From: Bacteroidota bacterium
GTDB lineage: Bacteria > Bacteroidota > Bacteroidia > Chitinophagales > Chitinophagaceae
Assembly (NCBI GenBank): GCA_039796475.1
Contig: JBDKJT010000058.1
Coordinates: 3,303 to 67,302, forward strand
Length of the DNA: 64,000 nucleotides
Direction of reading: 5' to 3'
Shown: positions 50,353-59,704 of the stretch, in pieces
How the letters are laid out: the number at the start of each line of letters is the position of its first letter
Numbering within the stretch: position 1 is the stretch's first letter
The notes under the pieces: generated by a model
What the model saw: the letters and a program-made list of their open reading frames with translations, nothing else
The model's database searches: none
Told to the model about the DNA's origin: nothing
Position numbers and translations under genes: made by a program

Positions 50353-50505
50353 GTGCCAGCATTGGTACAGTTATCAGCTGCAGTGGCGTCGCACTCTTGT
50401 ACTTTGTTGCCAGTAGCAACAAATACCGTATCCTTTGCTAACAGCATCGTATAGCCCAGCGAAATTGATTGCTTAAATCAGTAAATTTGGGTACATATTT
50501 TTTTT

Positions 50506-51029
50506 ATGAAACACTACCTGGTACTACCCGGCCTTGGCAACTCGGGGCCGCAACACTGGCAAACCATTTTTCAAAACAACCTGCCCAATTGCCAAGGGTA
50601 CAACAAACAGAGTGGGATGCCCCCGATTGCAGCCAGTGGATAGCAGCCATTGATGCAGCTGTAGGGCAGTACCCCGCCGGTACCGTAGTATTATTGGCGC
50701 ATAGCCTGGCCTGTACGGCCGTTGCCCACTGGGCCAAAAAATACAACCGCCCCATAAAGGGTGCTTTACTGGTAGCCCCCAGCGATATCGAAACCCCGGC
50801 TTATACTTTTCCCTCTACCGGCTTTACACCCATACCGCTGGAGCCATTACCCTTTAAAACAATCGTGGTAACCAGTGATAATGACGTATGGGTGTCAGCC
50901 CAAAGAGCTCATTATTTTGCCAGCTGCTGGGGCAGCCAATTTGTAAATATTGGCGATGCAGGCCATATCAATGCCGATGCTGGTTTTGGCCCATGGCCAC
51001 AGGGTATGGCATTGATCCAGCAATTTTAA
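50506..51029 (+). pseudogene. RBBP9/YdeN-family serine hydrolase, apparently frameshifted near 50560-50590
   Basis: The frame from ATG 50506 gives the family N-terminus MKHYLVLPGLGNSGPQHWQTIFQNNLPN, then stops at TAG 50641. The rest of the family (LPRVQQTEWDAPDCSQW...LLAHSLAC...GHIN) lies in the -1 frame, which is the 50469-51029 ORF in the track. That ORF's own N-terminus does not look like protein. Confidence 0.65.
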
Positions 51030-51178
51030 TACATCCCATATTGCTTTTTATACTACTGGGCTAAGTGTAACAGGCATGCTTAGCCGTTTTAAAATACTGC
51101 CGGTTTATAATTGGCCATTGCTGAAAATATTTATGGCATCAATCAAAAAAACTGCCATATAGCTTAGTAAATTTAGGT

Positions 51179-51568
51179 ATGCTACCATTAACAGCCATTC
51201 ATCATATCGCCATAATCTGCAGCAATTATCAGCAGTCTAAAAAATTTTATACACAGGTATTAGGGCTAAGCATTTTGCAAGAGGTATACAGGGAGGCCCG
51301 GCAGTCGTATAAGTTAGATCTTGCCCTGCATGGCAACTACGTGATAGAGTTATTTTCATTTCCTAATCCTCCACAGCGCCCATCAAGGCCAGAAGCTGCA
51401 GGTTTGCGACACCTGGCTTTTGCAGTATCGGATATTGATGCAGCGGTGTTATACCTCCAGCAAAATGGCGTAGCAACCGAACCAATACGCACGGATGAAT
51501 TTACGGGTAAAAAATTTACATTTTTTCAAGACCCCGATGGATTACCACTTGAATTATACCAGCTATGA
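51179..51568 (+). CDS. VOC (glyoxalase/bleomycin-resistance/dioxygenase) family protein, YaeR-like
   Basis: 129 aa: IHHIAIICSNYQQSKKFYTQVLGL...GLRHLAFAV.DIDAAV..L...G... Confidence 0.8.
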   Translation: MLPLTAIHHIAIICSNYQQSKKFYTQVLGLSILQEVYREARQSYKLDLALHGNYVIELFSFPNPPQRPSRPEAAGLRHLAFAVSDIDAAVLYLQQNGVATEPIRTDEFTGKKFTFFQDPDGLPLELYQL

Positions 51569-52164
51569 TACCAATAAAAGAATACATCAACACACTGCCC
51601 AGCTGTTTTGAAAATACGGTTCCCTGGCATATTACCGCCACCCTGCAAGAAAGGTTGTACAGTATTATTAACACACTAGGCAACGATTATAAAATTGATA
51701 ATGGCATCGCCATTCATGTAACAGCAGTAATTGAACAAGGCGTAATATTAAAAGCGCCGGTAATTGTAGAGGCCGGGTGTTTTATAGGGGCGCATGCTTA
51801 CCTGCGTGGTGGCGTATACCTGGCAGCACAGGTAAGCATAGGGCCGGGCTGCGAAATAAAAAGCAGTATTATATGCAATGGTTCGTCGGTGGCGCACTTC
51901 AATTTTATTGGCGATAGCATAGTTGGCAGTAAGGTTAATATAGAGGCTGGCGCCGTAATTGCCAATCACTATAATGAACGGGTTAATAAACAAATAACAG
52001 TATGCTATCAGCAAAAGCCAATAGATACCGGCGTTTGCAAATTTGGGGCACTAATAGGTGATGATACAAAAATTGGTGCCAATGCGGTACTATCGCCGGG
52101 CACCTTGCTGCCACCGGGCAGCATTGTAAGCAGGCTGCAGCTTGTAAGCCAGGATAGTAATTAG
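51565..52164 (+). CDS. left-handed beta-helix (hexapeptide repeat) acyl/nucleotidyl-transferase-like protein
   Basis: Repeated [LIV]-G-x-x-x-x hexapeptides are visible (IGAHAYLRGGVYLAAQVSIGPGCEIKSSII...IGDSIVGSKVNIEAGAVI...IGDDTKIGANAVL). The start overlaps the upstream stop in ATGA. Confidence 0.7.
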   Translation: MIPIKEYINTLPSCFENTVPWHITATLQERLYSIINTLGNDYKIDNGIAIHVTAVIEQGVILKAPVIVEAGCFIGAHAYLRGGVYLAAQVSIGPGCEIKSSIICNGSSVAHFNFIGDSIVGSKVNIEAGAVIANHYNERVNKQITVCYQQKPIDTGVCKFGALIGDDTKIGANAVLSPGTLLPPGSIVSRLQLVSQDSN

Positions 52165-52183
52165 TAAATCACCATTGATAGCC

Positions 52184-52642
52184 ATGCAAACCATTAAACA
52201 ATCAATTGTAATTACAACCAACCGGCATACACTTTGGCAGGTATTGCTGCAAGATAGCAGCTACCGGGTATGGGCAGCCGTTTTTCATCCGGGTGCGTAC
52301 GCCCAAACCGATTGGGAGGAGGGTGGTAAAGTGCTTTTTTTAACACCCGAAGGCGATGGTATGAGCAGCCGTATTGTAAGGCACCAGCCGGGATATGTTA
52401 TTTCAATGCAGCACCAGGCTATCCTAAAAAATGGTGTAGAAGAGGATAAGAGCCCGGAAGCTGACAAATGGAAATATTTATATGAAATATACAGGGCAGT
52501 GCAAACAGGCAATCAAACCACATTATTTATAGAGGCAGACATTGATGATAAATACCTCACCCATTTTACTACCAAATGGCAACAAGCATTGCTGCTGATA
52601 AAACAATTGTGCGAAGCGCAAGCCCCGGCAACACAAAGTTAG
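52184..52642 (+). CDS. SRPBCC superfamily protein (AHSA1/START-like)
   Basis: ~152 aa: MQTIKQSIVITTNRHTLWQVLLQD..YRVWAAVF.... Confidence 0.6.
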   Translation: MQTIKQSIVITTNRHTLWQVLLQDSSYRVWAAVFHPGAYAQTDWEEGGKVLFLTPEGDGMSSRIVRHQPGYVISMQHQAILKNGVEEDKSPEADKWKYLYEIYRAVQTGNQTTLFIEADIDDKYLTHFTTKWQQALLLIKQLCEAQAPATQS

Positions 52643-52737
52643 CTCGACATATAAGCCATTGAGCAGTTTTATTACTGCTTAAGTTTTAATATCTTTCTGT
52701 TTTATAAATCGTTTTATTACAACCTAAAAATCACACA

Positions 52738-53280
52738 ATGAAAATCATTAAAAAAATTGTAGCAGGTATTGCAATCGTTATTGCCTTGCTACTGATTATT
52801 GCGTTGTTTTTGCCCACTGCCATCAAGGCGGAAAGAGAGATTGTGATTAATAAACCAAAGCAAGAAGTGTTTGCGTATGTACAGTCTTTAAAAAACCAGG
52901 AAAACTATAGCAAGTGGGCTACAATGGATCCGGGTATGAAAAAAGAGTATCGGGGTACCGATGGCACCGTTGGCTTTGTATCTGGTTGGGATAGCGAGGA
53001 TGACAATGTTGGTAAGGGTGAGCAAGAAATAAAAAAGATTACTGACGGCGAACGCATCGATTACGAACTGCGGTTTATTAAACCATTTGAATCTACTGCT
53101 GCGGCATATATGATTACCGAAGCCGCTGGCGATGCACAAACAAAAGTAAAATGGGGCTTTAGCGGAAAAATGAATTATCCCCTCAATATCATGAATCTTT
53201 TTATGGATCCGTCCAAAGCCGTGGGTGACGATTTTGCGGTTGGCCTGGCCAAATTAAAAACAGTACTCGAAGCTAAGTAG
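52738..53280 (+). CDS. SRPBCC family protein with N-terminal membrane anchor
   Basis: 180 aa with a TM anchor (IVAGIAIVIALLLIIALFL). Then AEREIVINKPKQEVFAYVQSLKNQENYSKW..., a polyketide cyclase/START-like pattern. Confidence 0.65.
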   Translation: MKIIKKIVAGIAIVIALLLIIALFLPTAIKAEREIVINKPKQEVFAYVQSLKNQENYSKWATMDPGMKKEYRGTDGTVGFVSGWDSEDDNVGKGEQEIKKITDGERIDYELRFIKPFESTAAAYMITEAAGDAQTKVKWGFSGKMNYPLNIMNLFMDPSKAVGDDFAVGLAKLKTVLEAK

Positions 53281-53311
53281 GGTTGCCATCCTGCTATTAC
53301 CATATTGGCTG

Positions 53312-53335
53312 CAGCCGGTGCCTAGGCACCGGCTG
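53312..53335. terminator. GC-rich palindrome between convergent genes
   Basis: CAGCCGGTGCC-ta-GGCACCGGCTG is followed by TTTG. It overlaps the stop codon of the minus-strand gene (53322-53324). Confidence 0.5.
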
Positions 53336-53972
53336 TTTGCTGCAGCAGCTTTACCATTTGGTATTGCCCGGCATACGATTGCTCCGTAAAGCCCATCACC
53401 AGTAAAAACTTTTTATGCTGTTTGTTAAACGCTGTAGTATATACCAGTCGTTTAACGCCTTTTGCCGCCAGGTAATGATTCTCTTTATCAAAAATAAATC
53501 TGCCCACCTTATAATCCCGGTACCGGGGCACCGTGTAGTTGAGCAACACTTGTGCATCTCCATTAGGTAATAATTGGGCGCTAAACATGTTGGCTATTAC
53601 GAGGTTCCTGGTTACCACAAAATTTAATTTACCCGGCAGGGCAGATGCTTCAAAAGCAGGAAAATATGCCCGGATATCCTCCTGGTAAAATTCTAAAAAA
53701 TGTTGCGCCAGTTTTTCATCTCCCTTAAACTCTAGCAGGTTAAACTTTTCTTTTTTGCGGTACACTTTTACCAGGTAAACAAGGTTGATGCACATTAATA
53801 CAACATTGGTGATTAGTACAGGGTATGCCTGCAGGATAATGGCATAGCTGATAAAAAAAATATTGCCACAGGTGTTAAACCACCTGAATTTAAGATCGTT
53901 GTTTACCAGCAGGGCTATGATAAGGCAAAGGGAGGCAAAATAGCCAAACCAGGGTGTTATCTGTTGCAGCAT
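53322..53972 (-). CDS. membrane protein with soluble C-terminal (GNAT-like?) domain
   Basis: The start is moved to MLQQITPWFGYFASL at 53972, because the longer track ORF would overlap the adhesin gene. About three TM helices are followed by a ~130-aa soluble domain. The family assignment is tentative. Confidence 0.55.
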   Translation of the reverse strand: MLQQITPWFGYFASLCLIIALLVNNDLKFRWFNTCGNIFFISYAIILQAYPVLITNVVLMCINLVYLVKVYRKKEKFNLLEFKGDEKLAQHFLEFYQEDIRAYFPAFEASALPGKLNFVVTRNLVIANMFSAQLLPNGDAQVLLNYTVPRYRDYKVGRFIFDKENHYLAAKGVKRLVYTTAFNKQHKKFLLVMGFTEQSYAGQYQMVKLLQQTAGA

Positions 53973-54058
53973 AATCGTTAATAATGCTGCAAAGAAATAC
54001 AAATACAGCAACACCGGCAAATAGCCGGTGTTGGTTAATATAATTGCCTGTAAATAAT

Positions 54059-57000
54059 TTATCTTATCAGCAGGGCTGTTCCTTTTCTTACAATTACATC
54101 GCCCTTGTAAGTAACGCCTTCGGCCATCCATACATAGGCGGCGGGATCTTGCGGCATGCCTTTAAAAGTGCCATCCCAACCTTTGTTTCTTTCGCTGGTG
54201 CTAAATAATAGCTGGCCCATTCGGTTATATACCCTAAAGTAGCGAATAGATCGCATACCCAGTATAATCGGTTTTAAATCGTCATTTAGCCCATCATTAT
54301 TTGGCGTAAATGCGGTAGGTACATAAAAACTCGGAGCCACTTTATACACCCTGATGGTAACGGTATCCCGGCCGGTACAACCCTCGGGTGTAGTAGTAAC
54401 CAGCAGGCGGTATTGGGTACTGTCTTCAGGAGATGCCAATGGGTTGGCAATGGTAGCGTTAGATAAACCCAGGGCAGGTGTCCATTGATAATTGGCGGCG
54501 CCCTCTACACCGGTTACGGTTAGCTGTATGGTTTCGCCCAACACAATGCTGGTGTCAGAAAAACCAACTGAGGGCAATACAGGCTGCCGTACAGTTACTA
54601 CCACCTCATCCGTTACAGGCTTAGGGCAGCCAAGTACATCGGTAACCGTTACCGTGTAGGTAGTGCTGGCAGTAGGGCTGTTTACAAAAGGATTGGCAAC
54701 GCTACTGCTGCTAAGAAATACAGCAGGCGACCAGCTATACCGGCTGCCACCCGATGCAGACAATTGTACCGTCTCTTTATAACATACCCTTGCATCAGCC
54801 CCGGCATTGGCTACAGGGTAAGGTACGGTGCGTATTTTAACACTATCCCTGCTTTGGCATTTGCCAATATTGCCCACCACATAATAGGTGGTGATGTCTG
54901 CTGCTGGTGTAGCCACCGGGTATTTGGCCGATGCGTCATTAAGGGTGTTAGCAGGGCTCCATTGATAAGTAAGGGCATCGCTGATGGTGTTAAATGTAAC
55001 AGCATCTGTACGGCAAATGGTGGTATCCCGGCCGGCGTCAATGGTTACAAACAGTTTTACATCTACAAAAACCGAATCGGTGCTAATGCAACCAAAGCGA
55101 TCGGTTAAACTTACTTTGTAGGTGGTAGGCACATCGGGGCTTACCAGCGGTGTGGGGCTTGCAAGGTTACTAATATTGTAATTGGGGCTCCACGTAAAAC
55201 TACCGGTGGCGTTTGTACGCAACTGTAAAGTGTCTATAGAGCAAATAAGTGTATCACCCGAAAGATTGATGGGGCTGGGGTCTCTTACCGTTACGGTAAC
55301 AGTGTCATTACGAGTAGCAGTACAGCCTGCTACGCCTACCGCTACTACATAGTTGGTTGTGGCCAAAGGTGTGGCTATGGGGTTGGCAATTGCCGGGTTG
55401 CTTAATCCTGTGGCCGGCGTCCATTGGTAGCTGATGCCACCAGCAGCTTGCAATTGCACACTGCCCTGTGCCTTACAAATAAAAGTATCTCTTCCGGCAT
55501 TGGGTACTGCCAGCGGTTTTACGGTTAATAATTGTGTAGCTGTTGCCGTACAATTATTACCCCAGGTGGTAACCAGTGTGTATTGCAGGGTGTTGGCCGC
55601 AATAGTGGCCAGCGTGGTTTTTTGGTTGGGCGTAGCTATGGTGCCCAGCGGTGCCCAGCGCCAGCTTACATTACTGCTGTAATTGCTGTTGCCGGTTAAG
55701 GTAATAACATCCCCTTCGCATACATTGGTGGCCGAGGCGGTAATAGAGTTGGTTACATTGTTTACCGGGTTTACCCGTACAGAATCGGTGCTGGTGCAGC
55801 CATTGCTGTTTAATTGCACTATATAGGTAGTAGCCACCGACGGGTAAACTTTTGGTGCATTGGTATTGGCACCAATTATATTAGTAGCCGGCAGCCAGCT
55901 AAAAGTGCCGGTGCCTGTAGCAGAAATGTCCAATGTATCCAGGCTGCAGTAAGTGGTATCTAGTGTGTTAACGGTAAGTGCCGGGTTTTCAGCAATGGAT
56001 AGTTGCTGGCTAATGGTATCCACGCAGCCAAAGGTATTGCCCACTATCAGGTTTACATCATATACGCCGGCATTTTGGTAGCTGTAAGTTGCATTACGCA
56101 GCAGGCTCGAATCTTGCGGCGAAGCTGTATTGCCAAACTGCCATTTCCAGCCGGTAACCTGCCCATAATTGGTAGTGGTAAGATCATTAAAACGGATGGG
56201 GGTATTGCGGCAAAATGGGGGCAACATCTCAAACTTTGGAAAAAAACCGGGGTATACTTTTACCAACGTAGTGGTAGAATCGGCACAAAGCCCCGAAATA
56301 GATACCTTTAGTTTTACAGTATAAACACCTGTATCGGTATAGGTATGGCTTGGAGTGGCTAAAGTAGAGGTATTGGCGGTGCCCGAAATGGTATCACCAA
56401 AATTCCACTCGTATAAAGTGCCCGAAGGATTATCGATGGCATTGGTAAAAGTTACATTAAAACCATCGCAAGTAACTGGTTTAGGATCAAGCAGTGCTTT
56501 TAATGGTACACAATCTCTTACCCTTATATGTAGTTCCTTACGGGATTCACCCAGTAACCTGCCCCCACGGTATTCAGACACACAAACCGTTACTACAAAC
56601 TCGCCAGTAAATGAAATGAGTGGAGCAATGCCGCTTAATAATCCAGTTTTAGAATTGATTTTAACCTGGCTGCCCATTGGGCTGCTTCCACTATAGGGTA
56701 TGGAGTAGCTTACTTCTGTATAGCTGCCGGGCGAACCTGCAGGATTGGGAGTAGGCGTATTTACAGAACCACCCTGGTAAGCAGAGCAAAGTGAGTAGGA
56801 TAGCGAATCTCCGTCAACATCTGTGGCTGCCAGCGACACACTAAAAAAACTACCGCCGCAAATAACAGCAGTATCATTTACCGAAAAATCGGGGCTGCTG
56901 TTTTTATTGGCATCGGGTATGGGAGAGGATGTGCCGGGTATTTTAATGGTATAGGTATTGCCAACCTCGGCCGAGTTGATTAAGTTATCCATATTGGCAA

Positions 57001-57406
57001 TGCGGCAGCAGCGCTGGTAAGTGATGGTGTAGCCATCTGCATTGGGCGGCAGCTCATAATTATCCAGCTGGTACACCACAATGGTGTAATAGCAACCCCG
57101 TTGATCGCCGGTAATACAAGGCTCATCGTAGGCCTTACCCAAATTGTATTCGTTTACAATACTGGCCGAAGGATTATCAAAAAGCGCCGGCCCGTTGCCG
57201 CTAAAAATTGAAAGATTGATGGGGTTGGTTTTTTGCCCATCGGTAGGGTTACAAACCATGTATACTGTAAGCGTAAGGCGGTAGCGGAGGTTTCCATTAT
57301 TAGCTGTGCCCAAATACTTATAGGTAATAAAACCTCCTTTAATATGGGCACTAAATCCGGTAAAAAACAAAACTCCAAATAATACAGAGAGTACTAATTT
57401 CTTCAT
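54059..57406 (-). CDS. T9SS type-B sorting domain (gliding motility-associated C-terminal domain) surface protein with PKD and repeated Ig-like modules
   Basis: A signal peptide (MKKLVLSVLFGVLFFTGFSA) is followed by two PKD-like units (YEWNFGD...GVYTVKLKV; WKWQFGN...GVYDVNLIV). About seven ~80-aa modules each carry [YF]-x-W-x-P...T-x-Y. The C-terminus FYVPTAFTPNNDGLNDDLKP...FRVYNRMGQLLF...GWDG is a type-B CTD. Confidence 0.88.
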   Translation of the reverse strand: MKKLVLSVLFGVLFFTGFSAHIKGGFITYKYLGTANNGNLRYRLTLTVYMVCNPTDGQKTNPINLSIFSGNGPALFDNPSASIVNEYNLGKAYDEPCITGDQRGCYYTIVVYQLDNYELPPNADGYTITYQRCCRIANMDNLINSAEVGNTYTIKIPGTSSPIPDANKNSSPDFSVNDTAVICGGSFFSVSLAATDVDGDSLSYSLCSAYQGGSVNTPTPNPAGSPGSYTEVSYSIPYSGSSPMGSQVKINSKTGLLSGIAPLISFTGEFVVTVCVSEYRGGRLLGESRKELHIRVRDCVPLKALLDPKPVTCDGFNVTFTNAIDNPSGTLYEWNFGDTISGTANTSTLATPSHTYTDTGVYTVKLKVSISGLCADSTTTLVKVYPGFFPKFEMLPPFCRNTPIRFNDLTTTNYGQVTGWKWQFGNTASPQDSSLLRNATYSYQNAGVYDVNLIVGNTFGCVDTISQQLSIAENPALTVNTLDTTYCSLDTLDISATGTGTFSWLPATNIIGANTNAPKVYPSVATTYIVQLNSNGCTSTDSVRVNPVNNVTNSITASATNVCEGDVITLTGNSNYSSNVSWRWAPLGTIATPNQKTTLATIAANTLQYTLVTTWGNNCTATATQLLTVKPLAVPNAGRDTFICKAQGSVQLQAAGGISYQWTPATGLSNPAIANPIATPLATTNYVVAVGVAGCTATRNDTVTVTVRDPSPINLSGDTLICSIDTLQLRTNATGSFTWSPNYNISNLASPTPLVSPDVPTTYKVSLTDRFGCISTDSVFVDVKLFVTIDAGRDTTICRTDAVTFNTISDALTYQWSPANTLNDASAKYPVATPAADITTYYVVGNIGKCQSRDSVKIRTVPYPVANAGADARVCYKETVQLSASGGSRYSWSPAVFLSSSSVANPFVNSPTASTTYTVTVTDVLGCPKPVTDEVVVTVRQPVLPSVGFSDTSIVLGETIQLTVTGVEGAANYQWTPALGLSNATIANPLASPEDSTQYRLLVTTTPEGCTGRDTVTIRVYKVAPSFYVPTAFTPNNDGLNDDLKPIILGMRSIRYFRVYNRMGQLLFSTSERNKGWDGTFKGMPQDPAAYVWMAEGVTYKGDVIVRKGTALLIR

Positions 57407-57524
57407 CAGCGTAAAGTTAGTAAGTATTTAGACGAGTTAACTCCCCAAAAAGCAGCTTTATGCCAACGGGGGCATTTGTGCCGGTAAACTATCCAAAATT
57501 GAGGATGAACTGCAGGCGAAACTG

Positions 57525-58349
57525 TTAATATTGAAATAAAAAGTCTCTTAAAATACCATTTACCCGGTTGGTTTCTTCCCACATACCCATGTGGGCGCTG
57601 TTTCTGAGTATATGTACGCTGGATAATTTGGGCAGGTGGCATTGTTGCAGGCTGCTTTCAAAAGGTACTGCCTGGTCGTGCTGGCCGATAATAAAAAGAA
57701 TGGGCTGCTCAAACTGTTTTAAAATATGGGTACGGTCGGGCCTGTTAATCATGGCCTGGTAATACTGTGCCAAAGCTTCGGGGCTAAATGTTTTACCGGC
57801 GTTTAGCAGTTGCTCAATTTTATCGGGGTATATGGTATTAAACTGGCTGGTAAACAACCCCGGGATACTGGTTTTTAAAAATACGGCTACGCCTTTTTGG
57901 TAAATAAAATCGATGGCTTTGCGGCGGGTTTCCTTTTTTTCGGCGCTATCGGCCAATGCCGAGGAATGAAAAAGCCCCATACGATTAAGATAGCCGGGAT
58001 GTTTTTCGGCAAAAGCCAGCGTAATATATCCACCCATCGAATGGCCGATAAGGGTAATGCCATTGTACTCCCCGGTATCGCCATTAACGGGCATTAATTT
58101 TTCTGCAACGCATATGGCTTTTATTACATCGGCATACGTATCAATATCGGCATTGGGCAGCAGCTGGCTTTGTCCGCTGCCGGGTATATCGGGTATAATA
58201 AGCCTGCACTGGTTGTTTAACGCCGCTGCCTGGTTATCCCAAATATGGCCGTCTTCTCCAAAGCCATGCAATAAAAGTACGGGCATGCCCTGGCCACTGG
58301 TGCGGTAATAAATATTTTTACCTTCAAAAACAATAGTGTGCGATTGCAT
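57525..58349 (-). CDS. alpha/beta hydrolase
   Basis: 274 aa: PVLLLHGFGEDGHIW...LIGHSMGGYITLAFA (GxSxG)...NSAHMG. Confidence 0.85.
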   Translation of the reverse strand: MQSHTIVFEGKNIYYRTSGQGMPVLLLHGFGEDGHIWDNQAAALNNQCRLIIPDIPGSGQSQLLPNADIDTYADVIKAICVAEKLMPVNGDTGEYNGITLIGHSMGGYITLAFAEKHPGYLNRMGLFHSSALADSAEKKETRRKAIDFIYQKGVAVFLKTSIPGLFTSQFNTIYPDKIEQLLNAGKTFSPEALAQYYQAMINRPDRTHILKQFEQPILFIIGQHDQAVPFESSLQQCHLPKLSSVHILRNSAHMGMWEETNRVNGILRDFLFQY

Positions 58350-58395
58350 GATTATTACGGTTTATAGTAAATAAAGGATGACGGCTGCCTACGGC

Positions 58396-59556
58396 TTATG
58401 CTTGCTGATAGTGGCGTAAGCTGCGATATACCAGTAACAAACAAATAGCCAAAAATGCACCGTTAAGCTGCTGGGGCAAAAACATCCATGTACCCATTAC
58501 CAGCAAAAGCCCGGCTACGGTAAATAACAGGTATTTTTTTACCCATTTTTTTTTGCTGTGTATAAAAAATGCAGCTACAGCATGTGTGGGCGATGCCCAT
58601 AGCAGGTTGTAGTTATTTTTACACATACCGTGGTTGGTGCCCAGCCACATATACAACAGTAGTATACCGGTGGCGCCGGTAATAAAAAACAGCAATCCGT
58701 CAAAGCCGTATAAAAAGGCGGTGCCAAAACTTGTTTTTGAAAAATCGAGGGCCACTATAAACAGTAGCAGCAGGCTAAAAGCCAGCAGGGGTGTAAACAG
58801 TGAGCTGGCTGCCGGTTTTTGCACCGATGGATACAGGAAGGCGCTGGATGCCACCAATTTGTGCTGGCCATTGCTGCTGTCAAGCGATTTTAACAGGTTG
58901 TCTGGTAAAAATTGCGATTGGCTTACCGTCATCACTGCATCGGTGGGGGCGCCCAATAGCAGATCGATGCCTAGTTTGCTCCACTCTTTATTGCCTTTTT
59001 CGAGGTATTGATGGATGGCGTTTCTAAAGCTGGTGCCGGCGGGCACCACTGCACTAAAAACGGGCTGGATGGTTTTATTGCTTACAATAATATCCCGCAG
59101 GCGGGTGGTGCAGTTATTAAACAAAAAATCGTATTGGTAGTACTTGTTTTCTTCTTTTATATTGTTATATAAATATTGCTGGATGGCAATTTTTTCGGCA
59201 GCAGTCAGCTGTAGTACCTGCTCGGTTATATCCCGGTGGTTGTACTGGTACTCTTGTATAAAATCGCTGAGGTAGGCGGTGGATACAAAGTACTGCAGTT
59301 TGCCCTTGATAAATTTGGTGTAAAAATCGGGGTCGTCAAAATTAAAAGTACCATAGTTAAAAACTATATCCTGGCGGCTGCTGGTATCGGTAATACGCAG
59401 GGCGCTATGCCCAAAGGTAGAGTACAGCTCATCGCCGGGTGTACAAGTAAGCAGGCTGATACGCAGGTGAGAGCTGTCTTGCGCTGTGGCGCTGTTGTAA
59501 AAAACACTGCTGACGATACAAGCCAGCCAGCAAATAGATGGTATTAATTTGTGCAT
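58396..59556 (-). CDS. DUF4105 (Lnb N-terminal domain) membrane protein
   Basis: The start is moved to MHKLIPSICWLACIVSSVFYNSATAQ at 59556. Then ISLLTCTPGDELYSTFGHSALRI (the DUF4105 signature) and a C-terminal multi-TM region follow. The longer track ORF would overlap guaB. Confidence 0.75.
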   Translation of the reverse strand: MHKLIPSICWLACIVSSVFYNSATAQDSSHLRISLLTCTPGDELYSTFGHSALRITDTSSRQDIVFNYGTFNFDDPDFYTKFIKGKLQYFVSTAYLSDFIQEYQYNHRDITEQVLQLTAAEKIAIQQYLYNNIKEENKYYQYDFLFNNCTTRLRDIIVSNKTIQPVFSAVVPAGTSFRNAIHQYLEKGNKEWSKLGIDLLLGAPTDAVMTVSQSQFLPDNLLKSLDSSNGQHKLVASSAFLYPSVQKPAASSLFTPLLAFSLLLLFIVALDFSKTSFGTAFLYGFDGLLFFITGATGILLLYMWLGTNHGMCKNNYNLLWASPTHAVAAFFIHSKKKWVKKYLLFTVAGLLLVMGTWMFLPQQLNGAFLAICLLLVYRSLRHYQQA

Positions 59557-59649
59557 GCGTTTACCTGCATTTTTTTTGATGCATAAAGATAAGCTGTACA
59601 AGAGTGCGACGCCAATGTGGCTGCACAAAGCGATACCGCTGGTATAAAT

Positions 59650-59683
59650 AACAATGCCGGGTTGTTTACAACCCGGCATTGTT
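59650..59683 (-). terminator. perfect 15-bp hairpin downstream of guaB
   Basis: AACAATGCCGGGTTG-ttta-CAACCCGGCATTGTT lies about 20 nt past the guaB stop on the minus strand, with AT-rich flanks. Confidence 0.7.
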
Positions 59684-59704
59684 TTAATGGATAACGCCCC
59701 AAAA

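Noticed and set aside
50261-50423. Extra hairpins after ftsZ (CACAGCC-N12-GGCTGTG at 50261-50286; TTTGTTGC-cagta-GCAACAAA at 50403-50423) as a possible small RNA.
   Set aside because: They are short stems without T-runs or any recognisable RNA family features. The strong GNRA-loop terminator at 50321-50352 accounts for the region.
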